64,000 nucleotides of DNA from IMG/VR virus record IMGVR_UViG_3300021376_000006; one strand, 5' to 3'. Source of the DNA: a virus. Its lineage: Duplodnaviria > Caudoviricetes. The translations under genes were made by a program, and so were the position numbers. Below the pieces are notes generated by a model, which was not told the DNA's origin, did not search any database, and saw only the letters and a program-made list of their open reading frames with translations. This document shows positions 1 to 9,001 of this stretch, one piece after another (position 1 is the stretch's first letter; the number at the start of each line of letters is the position of its first letter).

Positions 1-924
1 ATAATGTATTTTTGTTTCTATTCCTTGTCTGGCCAGATGACCCATTAAAGCTGACCTGTTATTAGTTCTAATTACAAATTTGTGCCAGGCATGTTCGACG
101 CCCTTGTTTGGTACCGAAATGTCAACAAATTGATATAATTCGTTAATATAATAATCAGCTATCTCTTTGCGCCTCCTCTGCCACGAATCAAAATGTTGTA
201 ATTTGATAAGCATTTGAGCACAATCACTTTCGCTCATTTTGCTATTGGTTCCTGGAGTGTCGTGGATACTTTTACCATTGTCCCTGAGAGTTCGACATGT
301 CTCATATATATGATAGTCGTCGGTTAGAATCATTCCGCCGCTACCGTAATTGTTCAAGTTTTTAGTTGGATCAAAACTCAAAACACTGATATCGCCGAGT
401 TTTCCACTAGGAACGCCCTGATAACTTGCTCCGAAACTTTGTGCAGCATCTTCGATAATAATTAAATCATCATTAAAGAATCTGGTCTGCATTTGAAACC
501 TGTCCCAGTCTACACAGTTGCCAAACAAATTAACATACATGACAGCGCCAACACTTTGATCAAGCTTATATTCGTAGCTATCAAGATCAATTAGTCCTTT
601 GTGATCGATATCACAAAACACTGGAGTAAAATTATTCATTAGCACACTATTGATAGTAGCCACAAAACTCACAGTAGGAATTAAAATTGAATATGGCGGT
701 CTGGACACCGCGGCCATTTGTGCAAAAATCAATGCTTGTGTTCCAGAATTGACTGCTAATGCATATGCTCTGTTACACCGTTTTGCTATTTTATTTTCAA
801 AGTGTTCTGTGTAAGCGCCATCGAGGACGCGACCGGTAGAGTACACCCGATCTGTTATTTCTAATATTTCTTCGCGAATATTTTGGTACTGTCTATGAAT
901 TCCGAAAAAAGGAATTACTTGCAT
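1..924 (-). CDS. DegT/DnrJ/EryC1/StrS family PLP aminotransferase (3' end runs off the window)
   Basis: Not in ORF track; read manually from ATG at 924 (MQVIPFFGIHRQYQNIREE...). Motifs AVNSGTQAL, IIEDAAQSFG and SFDPTKNLNNYGSGG (PLP lysine). Frame appears open to base 1. Confidence 0.9.
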   Translation of the reverse strand, partial: MQVIPFFGIHRQYQNIREEILEITDRVYSTGRVLDGAYTEHFENKIAKRCNRAYALAVNSGTQALIFAQMAAVSRPPYSILIPTVSFVATINSVLMNNFTPVFCDIDHKGLIDLDSYEYKLDQSVGAVMYVNLFGNCVDWDRFQMQTRFFNDDLIIIEDAAQSFGASYQGVPSGKLGDISVLSFDPTKNLNNYGSGGMILTDDYHIYETCRTLRDNGKSIHDTPGTNSKMSESDCAQMLIKLQHFDSWQRRRKEIADYYINELYQFVDISVPNKGVEHAWHKFVIRTNNRSALMGHLARQGIETKIHY

Positions 925-1889
925 AATCTAGACTGCCAATAATCTGATTGTTGAAACCATTCATAATAGCGTTGGAATCCTTCTTCAACGTTGACCCTAG
1001 GCGAATAACCAAAATCTTGTGTGGCGCGATCGATATTAAGTCTTCCTCGCTTAGGAAAATTCAAATCTCGATCTTGTATTTCAATCGAGCCTTTGCCGGC
1101 TATTGCAATTGCCAACTCGGCTGCATCGCATAATGTATATTGACGTTCTGCACTTCGAGTAATATTATAAATTTTATTTGCACTATATTTACTGCAGGTT
1201 GCTTGAACAATTCCCAAAGCAGCATCCTCGACATAAGTGAAATCTAATACTTCATTGGCACCTTTAACTTTGAGAGTTTCGCCTTTCATTGCTGTTAGCA
1301 TAAATTTTGATACTACACGGTCCTCTACATCCCATTCGCCATAAACTGCACTAGGACGAATAATTACCGATTCAAAACCGTGTTGACGAGCATAATCTTC
1401 GACCAGTTTTTCGCCCATGTATTTCATAATGCCATATTGGCCAATTGGATTGCATACAGCATCTTCTGTTACATCTGTTTCAAAGTCGCCGTATACCATG
1501 CTAGAACTAATATAAACAAAACGTTTTACTCGATGAGTTGCTGCTGCTTCGAGTAAATTAATCAATCCGGTGCTCATCACTTCACTGGCTACAACAGGAT
1601 TTCGACCAACAACTTTTTGTCTAGGAAAACTAGCCAGATGTATAATAGTGTCACAGCCAAAAACACCAACACGACTTTTAATATCATCACCATTGCGTAT
1701 ATCGCCAACTAACGGTGTTGCACGTATTCTTGATAATCTTTCTCGTATCAAATAATCTAATTCGTCTTGTGGAACGAATCCATAGTTGGTACGACTATCG
1801 ACTCCAAAACATTCAATGCCATGTTTTTCTAATTGTTGTACTACATTATGACCAATAAAGCCCGCACTACCTGTTATAAAAACTTTCAT
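915..1889 (-). CDS. NAD-dependent epimerase/dehydratase (extended SDR)
   Basis: ITGSAGFIG Rossmann motif, SSSMVYG, YGIMK (YxxxK), RPSAVYG, DFTYVED. Confidence 0.92.
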   Translation of the reverse strand: MKVFITGSAGFIGHNVVQQLEKHGIECFGVDSRTNYGFVPQDELDYLIRERLSRIRATPLVGDIRNGDDIKSRVGVFGCDTIIHLASFPRQKVVGRNPVVASEVMSTGLINLLEAAATHRVKRFVYISSSMVYGDFETDVTEDAVCNPIGQYGIMKYMGEKLVEDYARQHGFESVIIRPSAVYGEWDVEDRVVSKFMLTAMKGETLKVKGANEVLDFTYVEDAALGIVQATCSKYSANKIYNITRSAERQYTLCDAAELAIAIAGKGSIEIQDRDLNFPKRGRLNIDRATQDFGYSPRVNVEEGFQRYYEWFQQSDYWQSRLCK

Positions 1890-2518
1890 TGTAATTTATA
1901 TTCTATATAAAAAATTGGATAATCGTTAACTGGTGAATTGGTTTGATAACAATTAGTTCGTTGTAAGTTAACTAAAAATTTATCAAAGGTATCACGGTTA
2001 CACCCCCATGAACTCTCTTGTAACAGTATTACACCGTCCGGGGTTAGATGTTTGGAAATGTTGTTAAAAAATTCTTTATGTATAACCCAATCTAGATCTA
2101 AATAAATTCTAGGATCGTTTCTTAACACAATTTCTTGATAATTTACTGGCTTAGAAAAGTGTGGAGGATTTGCCACCACCAGATCAAATTTTTTGGTTAT
2201 TGGTAAACTAGAAATTTTATCTGTGCAATAAGTGGTAACATTTAAATTAGTATTATAACATGATAAACTATGTGTAGCAAAATTCAAAGCAGATTGATGT
2301 TGATCTACTAGTGTTAATTCTTTGCAGTAATTGTTTAATAATAAATCAAATCCAATAAAGCCAGGGCCCGAACACCATTCTAAGCAGCATTTGAATTCGC
2401 GATGAGCATAGTGTGTGTTTAGAATATTTTTAAAATCTAATCCAATTGATGTTCCGCCGCCGTCAACATCATCTTCATAATGTAACTGAAAATCTCCTAT
2501 ATCAAATATACGTTTCAT
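1886..2518 (-). CDS. Class I SAM-dependent methyltransferase (NPPx amino-methyltransferase type)
   Basis: LEWCSGPGFIG motif I and DLVVANPPHF motif IV. Confidence 0.8.
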   Translation of the reverse strand: MKRIFDIGDFQLHYEDDVDGGGTSIGLDFKNILNTHYAHREFKCCLEWCSGPGFIGFDLLLNNYCKELTLVDQHQSALNFATHSLSCYNTNLNVTTYCTDKISSLPITKKFDLVVANPPHFSKPVNYQEIVLRNDPRIYLDLDWVIHKEFFNNISKHLTPDGVILLQESSWGCNRDTFDKFLVNLQRTNCYQTNSPVNDYPIFYIEYKLQ

Positions 2519-2745
2519 AAAAATTTTAATCTAAAGTAGATTTCTGCTTCTGGATTAAGATTTCCCGTAATAACTACACGATACCCAAGAGTGTCATGGT
2601 CGGGCGTGACATGAAAAGTGGGCTCAGAAGTCACGTTCTCCATTATCCATTTGCCTTTTTCTGTTTCTTGCCATTCTCCAATAGGAAAGGCAGCATACAG
2701 ATAAGGATCCTCAACATCTGCCATGTGAAAGCTATGTAGTATCAT
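2515..2745 (-). CDS. Hypothetical protein
   Basis: 76 aa ORF with ATGA overlaps to both neighbours. Confidence 0.75.
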   Translation of the reverse strand: MILHSFHMADVEDPYLYAAFPIGEWQETEKGKWIMENVTSEPTFHVTPDHDTLGYRVVITGNLNPEAEIYFRLKFL

Positions 2746-3818
2746 AATAAATGTATTTTATTTTGTATTATTTGATTAATGTCATTAAACAATTCTGTCT
2801 TTATGCTTTTATAGGCACTAGGCCAAGACCAAAAAAGATTTTGGTTATGTTCTAGTATAGGTAAAATTTCACGATGTAATTTTTCTAATTTGTTCACTGA
2901 CCAAGTTGACATTTCTAAAAGTAAATGAAAAATAGCTTCTAGTCTGTAATTTCCTGCTAAACTATCGTAATCTTCATCCCAAAAATTAGCAAAAGTTTGA
3001 AATCCTAAATCTTGTAACATTTTTAGAGAACCAGGATTGCCGTGTAAAATAAATGGGTGCCCAAACACTATAGGTTTAAAAATTTTTTCTGTAAAATATG
3101 GAAACGGTTGATCGTCATAGGTTTCAAATACTACAGAACAAAATGTATCTTCATAGTATTTTTTATCTCCTATAGACCAATCATTTATTTCAAATTTGTC
3201 CCCCTTAATTGTAAACGGTATATTATTATGCAGTTTGTGTAAATCTAGATTTTTACAGAACCATGCGGTATGACTACTTAGCATTTCTTCGGATATTTCG
3301 TCGTAAGACTTATATTTTGATCTTTCAAGCTCTCCTAAATAACTAAAATATGATTTTTCGATTAAATTAAATTTTACAAAAAAATAATATAGTGATTGTC
3401 TTGCTACAGATGCTCTGTTATTAAGAGAAAGAAAATGAAATTTGATATTTTTTTTTAATTCTACCTTTTGAAAATGGTCAGTATAATAGTTGTAGATAAG
3501 TGGTTGATACAAGAAAGAAAAAAAATCTTGATATTCATCGAAAAGAGATTGAGGATATTTGTGAGAGTGGACAATAATGTAATAATTTTTTAATTTTCCA
3601 GTCATTTCATAATGACTTTTGCTATTAGCTAAAATTTCTTCGATCCAGTCATAAGTATGATATTCTAAATAAAGTAAGATGATAATTTTGCCTTCTATGT
3701 CGGCAAAAGAGTTCATAGTATCATCATTTGGATCGTGCGTTTGTAAAACAAAAACTTTATCGCTGGTGATTTTAAAATCATCTAATAATGTAGGAACGCT
3801 ACACATTTGCGCGGTCAT
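2742..3818 (-). CDS. Hypothetical protein with glycosyltransferase-like C-terminus
   Basis: 358 aa AT-rich ORF; FETY...YFTEKIFKPI...HPF segment resembles GT10-like C-terminal motif; function is inference. Confidence 0.55.
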   Translation of the reverse strand: MTAQMCSVPTLLDDFKITSDKVFVLQTHDPNDDTMNSFADIEGKIIILLYLEYHTYDWIEEILANSKSHYEMTGKLKNYYIIVHSHKYPQSLFDEYQDFFSFLYQPLIYNYYTDHFQKVELKKNIKFHFLSLNNRASVARQSLYYFFVKFNLIEKSYFSYLGELERSKYKSYDEISEEMLSSHTAWFCKNLDLHKLHNNIPFTIKGDKFEINDWSIGDKKYYEDTFCSVVFETYDDQPFPYFTEKIFKPIVFGHPFILHGNPGSLKMLQDLGFQTFANFWDEDYDSLAGNYRLEAIFHLLLEMSTWSVNKLEKLHREILPILEHNQNLFWSWPSAYKSIKTELFNDINQIIQNKIHLL

Positions 3819-4729
3819 ACAGCCATCCGGGCCTTGATAGCACCATGGCTTTGATATCCTTCGAGTCGAATATCAGACATGGTAAATTTTGTAATATCAG
3901 TTATCTCAGGATTGAGCCACAATTGCGGTGCAGGCAATGGTTCACGTGTCAACTGTTCTTTTACTTGCTCTACATGATCTAGGTATATGTGTGCGTCGCC
4001 TAGAACGTGAACAAACTCTCCTACATCCAAATCACACACTTGTGCAATCATTGCTGTTAGTAGCGAATAGCTGGCGATATTAAAAGGTACACCCAAAAAC
4101 ATATCGCAGGATCGCTGATACATCTGGCACGACAATCTTCCATCTGCTACATAAAACTGTGCAAAACAATGACACGGTGGCAGGGCCATTTGATCTAATT
4201 CTCCAGGATTCCATGCAGTTAATATGTGTCGTCGTCCGTGCAGATCTTGCTTAATACCGTCGATTAAATTTCGTAGTTGATCGACTTCTTTAATTTCAAC
4301 GTTATTGCCTACTCTTCGGTAAGTGCTTCCAAACCCGTCTTTGAAAGATCCTTCTGTTTCGCGTTCTTTGATAGTACGCCAATGTCTCCACTGTACTCCG
4401 TACACACGACCTAGATCTCCTTCAAATTGGGCCCGCGATCGCCAATATGGTGCTAGTGCATTGGGCGTCCATATAGTTACTGTACCATCCCGTGTGCCAT
4501 GCGTTATCTCAGCCAATCTACGTTCATCGCCTGAACCTTCAATCATCCATAATAGTTCGCCCACCACAGCATTCCATGCTAGTTTTTTTGTAGTTACAGC
4601 AGGAAAACCTTGACTTAAATCATAACGTTGCTGCATACCAAACTTGCTTATGGTACCTACACCCGTGCGATCATCTTTGCGTGTTCCTGTTTCTAATATA
4701 TCTTTAAGAACATTGTGGTATGTTTTCAT
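3815..4729 (-). CDS. thyA: Thymidylate synthase
   Basis: DRTGVGT, ELLW, ALPPCH catalytic Cys, QRSCDMFLGVPFNIASY, GDAHIYLDH. Confidence 0.97.
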   Translation of the reverse strand: MKTYHNVLKDILETGTRKDDRTGVGTISKFGMQQRYDLSQGFPAVTTKKLAWNAVVGELLWMIEGSGDERRLAEITHGTRDGTVTIWTPNALAPYWRSRAQFEGDLGRVYGVQWRHWRTIKERETEGSFKDGFGSTYRRVGNNVEIKEVDQLRNLIDGIKQDLHGRRHILTAWNPGELDQMALPPCHCFAQFYVADGRLSCQMYQRSCDMFLGVPFNIASYSLLTAMIAQVCDLDVGEFVHVLGDAHIYLDHVEQVKEQLTREPLPAPQLWLNPEITDITKFTMSDIRLEGYQSHGAIKARMAV

Positions 4730-5442
4730 AAGTTTAATTTTTCTCGAATATGATTAAATAAAATTTTATGTCCATTATGATTAGGATGCACTCCATCTGG
4801 GTAAAAGACACTTTCTCTAAATACCAATGAATTCGTTTCTTGATACAAATAAAAATCTTCAATCACATTCTTTGCCTGTAGATCGTTAAACAATTTTAAA
4901 TCAACTAATTCAATTCTGCAGTTTGGATTTGATAATATTCTAAATTTGTTATCTATTGTGTTACTATACTCATTAAAATGACCTACTAATATATTAACCC
5001 ACGAAGATACTATAGGAATAAGATTATTATAATTAGAAATAGAGTAATCTAAATTGTTAAGTGCTCCAATCATATAAATTTTCCTATTGAATTGTTTGCA
5101 TAGATTGTTAAGCATATTATAAGTTGAATCTAGTAAGATGTCAACTAACCCTGATAGACTTTGGTTCTCTTGTAGGCATTTAGTGAGACTATTTTTAGTA
5201 AAAAATGTATCTCTAGTTGCGTCTGTAGTTATAAAAAATATAAAGTCACTGCGGTCTATATTAACTATTTCTTTACTTAACAAACGTACTAAATTAAGAT
5301 TAGAACTGGCCGGACGACTTAGATTTATAACGGTGTAACCTAAATTACTTAGAAAGAATTCTAGACCTTTGTGAATTATTTTGTGATTTTCCCATACTCC
5401 GGCACCCCAACTATCGCCAAAGATATAAATTTTTCTTGGCAT
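4726..5442 (-). CDS. SGNH/GDSL-hydrolase-like protein
   Basis: IFGDSW N-terminal and DGVHPNHNGH C-terminal motifs. Confidence 0.7.
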   Translation of the reverse strand: MPRKIYIFGDSWGAGVWENHKIIHKGLEFFLSNLGYTVINLSRPASSNLNLVRLLSKEIVNIDRSDFIFFITTDATRDTFFTKNSLTKCLQENQSLSGLVDILLDSTYNMLNNLCKQFNRKIYMIGALNNLDYSISNYNNLIPIVSSWVNILVGHFNEYSNTIDNKFRILSNPNCRIELVDLKLFNDLQAKNVIEDFYLYQETNSLVFRESVFYPDGVHPNHNGHKILFNHIREKLNL

Positions 5443-5942
5443 TATCTAAAAATATCTATATTTTTATAAATGCAAAAGTTTAAAGTTTTATCGGCACTAG
5501 GGCGTGAACTTGTTATACGCATACCCATCATAAAAGATCGTAAGTCAATACGAACATCCGAAAAAGCTGCGCCTCGCCTGTGGGTTACATAAGCGTAATC
5601 AATTAAATCCTTGCATTCCATTATGATACTAGGGCCACCTAGAATAAACACATTTTTCTTTGGATATAATTCTTGTAAATTTTTAATTGCGTCCTTATAA
5701 TCACCATGTAATCTACGTACACCTGAGTGCTGTAAAGGTTGATTAGAAACAACACAATTTATTCTATCAGGTAAAGGTTTACTCATTTTAGGATCATCCC
5801 AAGTGTTACGGCCCATTACAACTATTTGATTGAGGGTGTGCTCACGAAACCATTCCATATCTTCTGAATGTATTGGCCATGGCAAGGTTCCACGGTTACC
5901 AAATGTTCCCAATTGGTCTGTGGCGAATATGGTGCAAATCAT
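5442..5942 (-). CDS. folA: Dihydrofolate reductase
   Basis: GNRGTLPW, EDMEWF, VVMGRNTW, KPLPDRIN, ILGG. Confidence 0.93.
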   Translation of the reverse strand: MICTIFATDQLGTFGNRGTLPWPIHSEDMEWFREHTLNQIVVMGRNTWDDPKMSKPLPDRINCVVSNQPLQHSGVRRLHGDYKDAIKNLQELYPKKNVFILGGPSIIMECKDLIDYAYVTHRRGAAFSDVRIDLRSFMMGMRITSSRPSADKTLNFCIYKNIDIFR

Positions 5943-5945
5943 TTT

Positions 5946-6776
5946 TTATAATCTTTCTGGGATAAATTTTTCAAAAAAATAAGGTTGTTTTTGAGTAATT
6001 TTTTTATCAATATCCCGCACCCAATTTACTGTAGATTCATTTATATCTAAGTTAGTTATAAATTTAAGTGCGGTTAAATGTTCTAATGGGGTTGGATGGC
6101 TGTCTTGTGCTGTATTAGTGAAGTATAAATGTTTATTATTACCTATAAGTTGCAAAAAAGAATCAACTTCGTTATTTATTGATGTATTATAAACAGTTCT
6201 ATCATAAGAAAAAATATCAATTAGTTTTGGCCAATCAACACCTGCGTGTCTATCGTATAAATCTTGTAATTTATGTTGTGCTGTTAAAGAAACTTCTTTT
6301 GACACTATCGGAAAATTAATTTTACGAATTTTCTTTAGGGTATCTCTATATAATGAGCCTGCTTTAGAATATAAATCATAATCTAAAAAACTTAAAAAAG
6401 AGTAACTACTTTTTGATGATGAAAGTATTTTGTCTATAGCTGTGAATAATGCATAACTTATAATTTCTGCTCCATTTGGACAACTGACAGGTGACTTAGT
6501 GTCAAATATAGAATGATAATGACTCCATTCATTCATTTGATAATAGTCAATTCGAGTTATTCCGGACCACATTACAATTACGGTGTCGTCTTCGGTAAAA
6601 GTTTTTTTGATAAGACATTCAATAATTGAATTAAATATAAAGTTGTTTCCTGCACCTGGTCTAGCCCAGTTTTCAAAATAATCATATTCTTTACCTAGTA
6701 TGTCCGCCCAAGTAGGCCAACTATATGAAGTCATACTACAACCAAAGGTGTATAAATTGCCTTTGCGACTTTTCAT
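5946..6776 (-). CDS. SGNH-like hypothetical protein
   Basis: FGCSMT...WPTW...GAGN and DSHPTP motifs. Confidence 0.6.
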   Translation of the reverse strand: MKSRKGNLYTFGCSMTSYSWPTWADILGKEYDYFENWARPGAGNNFIFNSIIECLIKKTFTEDDTVIVMWSGITRIDYYQMNEWSHYHSIFDTKSPVSCPNGAEIISYALFTAIDKILSSSKSSYSFLSFLDYDLYSKAGSLYRDTLKKIRKINFPIVSKEVSLTAQHKLQDLYDRHAGVDWPKLIDIFSYDRTVYNTSINNEVDSFLQLIGNNKHLYFTNTAQDSHPTPLEHLTALKFITNLDINESTVNWVRDIDKKITQKQPYFFEKFIPERL

Positions 6777-7117
6777 AAATTTTTTAAAATATTATCTGTT
6801 GCAGGCTGAACAACTTTTGCAACTGCCTTGACACTTATGTAAAAATCAATATCACTTATAATATGATCCAATGCACTCAATTTGACCTTGATCATTTCTT
6901 CAAGTTCGTTTGGGTCATTACCTTCGTCTAACAGTTCTTTAATATTGATATTTACAATTGTGCCATCTGTTAAATTCACTGAGACACTTTCTAGTAAAGC
7001 AATGGGAATCTCTTTTTTCTCAACTGACTTTAGAATAGATTCCCATTGTACTTTGCTATTTAAATTAAGCCGCTTGCTTTTTTGTCGCGGTTTTTTTGGT
7101 TTTTGTTCCGACATCAT
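6773..7117 (-). CDS. Hypothetical protein
   Basis: 114 aa ORF in co-oriented run. Confidence 0.7.
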   Translation of the reverse strand: MMSEQKPKKPRQKSKRLNLNSKVQWESILKSVEKKEIPIALLESVSVNLTDGTIVNINIKELLDEGNDPNELEEMIKVKLSALDHIISDIDFYISVKAVAKVVQPATDNILKNL

Positions 7118-7745
7118 CTACCTTTGGACTAAGACTTTGTGCTTCTTGTTTTAATCTTTCTGCTTCGGCCAACAATTGTTGAGCACTTGCTTCCATTTTT
7201 TGAGCTTGCTCTAACCGTTGCGATGCGAGGTCAGAATCTGACAATAGTCCTGACAGCATGTCGGCTGCACTGGTATTACCTTGTGCTTCACGAGTTTTAC
7301 GTTCACCCACTTCCTGAATTGTAGCTTTTCTAGGTGCCTGTTTGCCTGTCATGCCTCTGCTGGCATCAATGTCCTGTAGCCGTTTTAATGCTTCTTCGCC
7401 TTTGGCCATTTCGTCAAGAATATCGTTTAGCTCATCTAACCGAACACTCGAATTTGAAGTTGGTGTAACTAACACTTGATTAGTAGGAACTTTCTTCATT
7501 AGCCCATTGCGATGTAGACTTTCTAAACAATTAGCACCATCAGCCATAATAGTCCTAAATAAAACATCACTGAGTTCTTTGGCTTCTTGTCCTTGCGGAC
7601 TTTCGAGTGCTCGCATAACTTCATCATGAATCATTCTTGGTAACAAGTCACTGTACAAAACCAGTGCCATGTGATCTAATTCGGGAATTTTTCGAAACAC
7701 AATTACACATCGCTTATCGTTGTGTTTACCAACGTGTTTTAACAT
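7065..7745 (-). CDS. Hypothetical protein with coiled-coil C-terminus
   Basis: Start reassigned to MLKHVGKH at 7745, preceded by AGGAG. Confidence 0.8.
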   Translation of the reverse strand: MLKHVGKHNDKRCVIVFRKIPELDHMALVLYSDLLPRMIHDEVMRALESPQGQEAKELSDVLFRTIMADGANCLESLHRNGLMKKVPTNQVLVTPTSNSSVRLDELNDILDEMAKGEEALKRLQDIDASRGMTGKQAPRKATIQEVGERKTREAQGNTSAADMLSGLLSDSDLASQRLEQAQKMEASAQQLLAEAERLKQEAQSLSPKVDDVGTKTKKTATKKQAA

Positions 7746-7761
7746 TTGATTTCTCCTTGAT

Positions 7762-7983
7762 TTATTCGGACTGATCCGCAGCGGCATCTAGCGGTGTCGT
7801 TTTATTTATGGCACCGCTGGCTTCTAAAAATTTTAAAAGTTTATCGTAAACTGCGCCGACTGCGCTGAGTTCTTCGGCTTTGATAGCACCGCGTTCGCTA
7901 GTCACTCGTATAAGATTCAACATTAAAACTAAATCTGCAAGAGCAAGGCTGGGTGCTTCGGGGGATTGTGAATTCTGATCCAT
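7762..7983 (-). CDS. Hypothetical protein
   Basis: 73 aa ORF with GGAG RBS; TAAATA element at 8007-8012. Confidence 0.75.
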   Translation of the reverse strand: MDQNSQSPEAPSLALADLVLMLNLIRVTSERGAIKAEELSAVGAVYDKLLKFLEASGAINKTTPLDAAADQSE

Positions 7984-8040
7984 TTGTTCTCCATTAAAGT
8001 TATATATATTTAATGAAGACCAATTAGATAGTTTTTTTTA

Positions 8041-8349
8041 CTAATAGTTAGATTGTTGTATCTGATCTAGGCAAAGACTAAACATACTTGCTTCGCCGGG
8101 GATTTCAAACGCAGCACAAGTAGACATAATTATTGGTCCGTTTTTGTTTGTATAATAAATATCTCCAAACCAAAATCTACCTTCAAAATTTTCCCAGATC
8201 CAGTCGGTAATTTTTTTTGGATTTCCAAGTTGTAGTTCAAATTGAACTTTGACAAAATGTGGTGGACAGCGATCCAACTCACGTAGTCCGTGTACTGCTA
8301 ACGGATTTGCTTCTCCGTTACGTAACATTTTTGTTGCCTTTGGTCTCAT
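8041..8349 (-). CDS. Hypothetical protein
   Basis: 102 aa ORF in co-oriented run. Confidence 0.7.
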   Translation of the reverse strand: MRPKATKMLRNGEANPLAVHGLRELDRCPPHFVKVQFELQLGNPKKITDWIWENFEGRFWFGDIYYTNKNGPIIMSTCAAFEIPGEASMFSLCLDQIQQSNY

Positions 8350-8605
8350 CTGTTACAACAAGAATTTTTTGTTCGTCGGCTGATATGCTAGTATCTGGTC
8401 GCACAATACGATTTCTAAGAAACTCATTTGATTGTTCGATCCAAGTGCTTAAAATTTCTCGCTGCCCGGTTACTTCAACAATTTCAGCTGCACGAGTGAT
8501 ATCTTCTAGTGCGTCTTCGGTTAGCAACAAACGTTCTTGCAAGTCAGCAATAAGTTGTTTGACTTTTTTGCTTGCTTTTAGCTCGTCAAAATTAATTGGT
8601 GCCAT
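8318..8605 (-). CDS. Hypothetical protein
   Basis: 95 aa ORF, helical character. Confidence 0.7.
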   Translation of the reverse strand: MAPINFDELKASKKVKQLIADLQERLLLTEDALEDITRAAEIVEVTGQREILSTWIEQSNEFLRNRIVRPDTSISADEQKILVVTDETKGNKNVT

Positions 8606-8831
8606 TGTTGTCCCCTAGTCGTTCTTTCCAATCAAATCCAACATAGTACTCCATGAGTGTTTCCATAGCATTACGGTATCTATAATTATGTTCAAGATCT
8701 TCTTTTTGATATTTCTTTAATTCTTTAGCAGACTCCAGGCGACCAATGTCCTCACACAAGCCTTTATAGTCTTGTACAAGAATACTACGCATCAAGCCAT
8801 CTACCGCTTCATTGTTTAGTTCAACTATCAT
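8592..8831 (-). CDS. Hypothetical protein
   Basis: 79 aa ORF with coupled overlaps. Confidence 0.7.
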   Translation of the reverse strand: MIVELNNEAVDGLMRSILVQDYKGLCEDIGRLESAKELKKYQKEDLEHNYRYRNAMETLMEYYVGFDWKERLGDNNGTN

Positions 8832-9001
8832 CGTGCCATCCTTTCTTTCCTACAGGCTTCTTTTATTTCGTTAGTATAGTCCGGGCTGATTTCTGCAATG
8901 CTGCAATCAATTACTCGCCTATCTTCGGGGAAACTGTACAGGGCCACTACAACTGCGATAGCTACAGCCACAAGTACTAAAATAAATTCTTTCGATATCA
9001 T
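8828..9001 (-). CDS. Small membrane-anchored protein
   Basis: Start reassigned to MISKEF at 9001; hydrophobic N-terminus and two Cys. Confidence 0.65.
   Translation of the reverse strand: MISKEFILVLVAVAIAVVVALYSFPEDRRVIDCSIAEISPDYTNEIKEACRKERMAR

Noticed and set aside
3815-4729. ThyA as a dCMP hydroxymethylase feeding the glycosyltransferase
   Set aside because: The specificity residue is Asn (FNIASY) as in dUMP methylases, and an adjacent DHFR fits ordinary dTMP synthesis.
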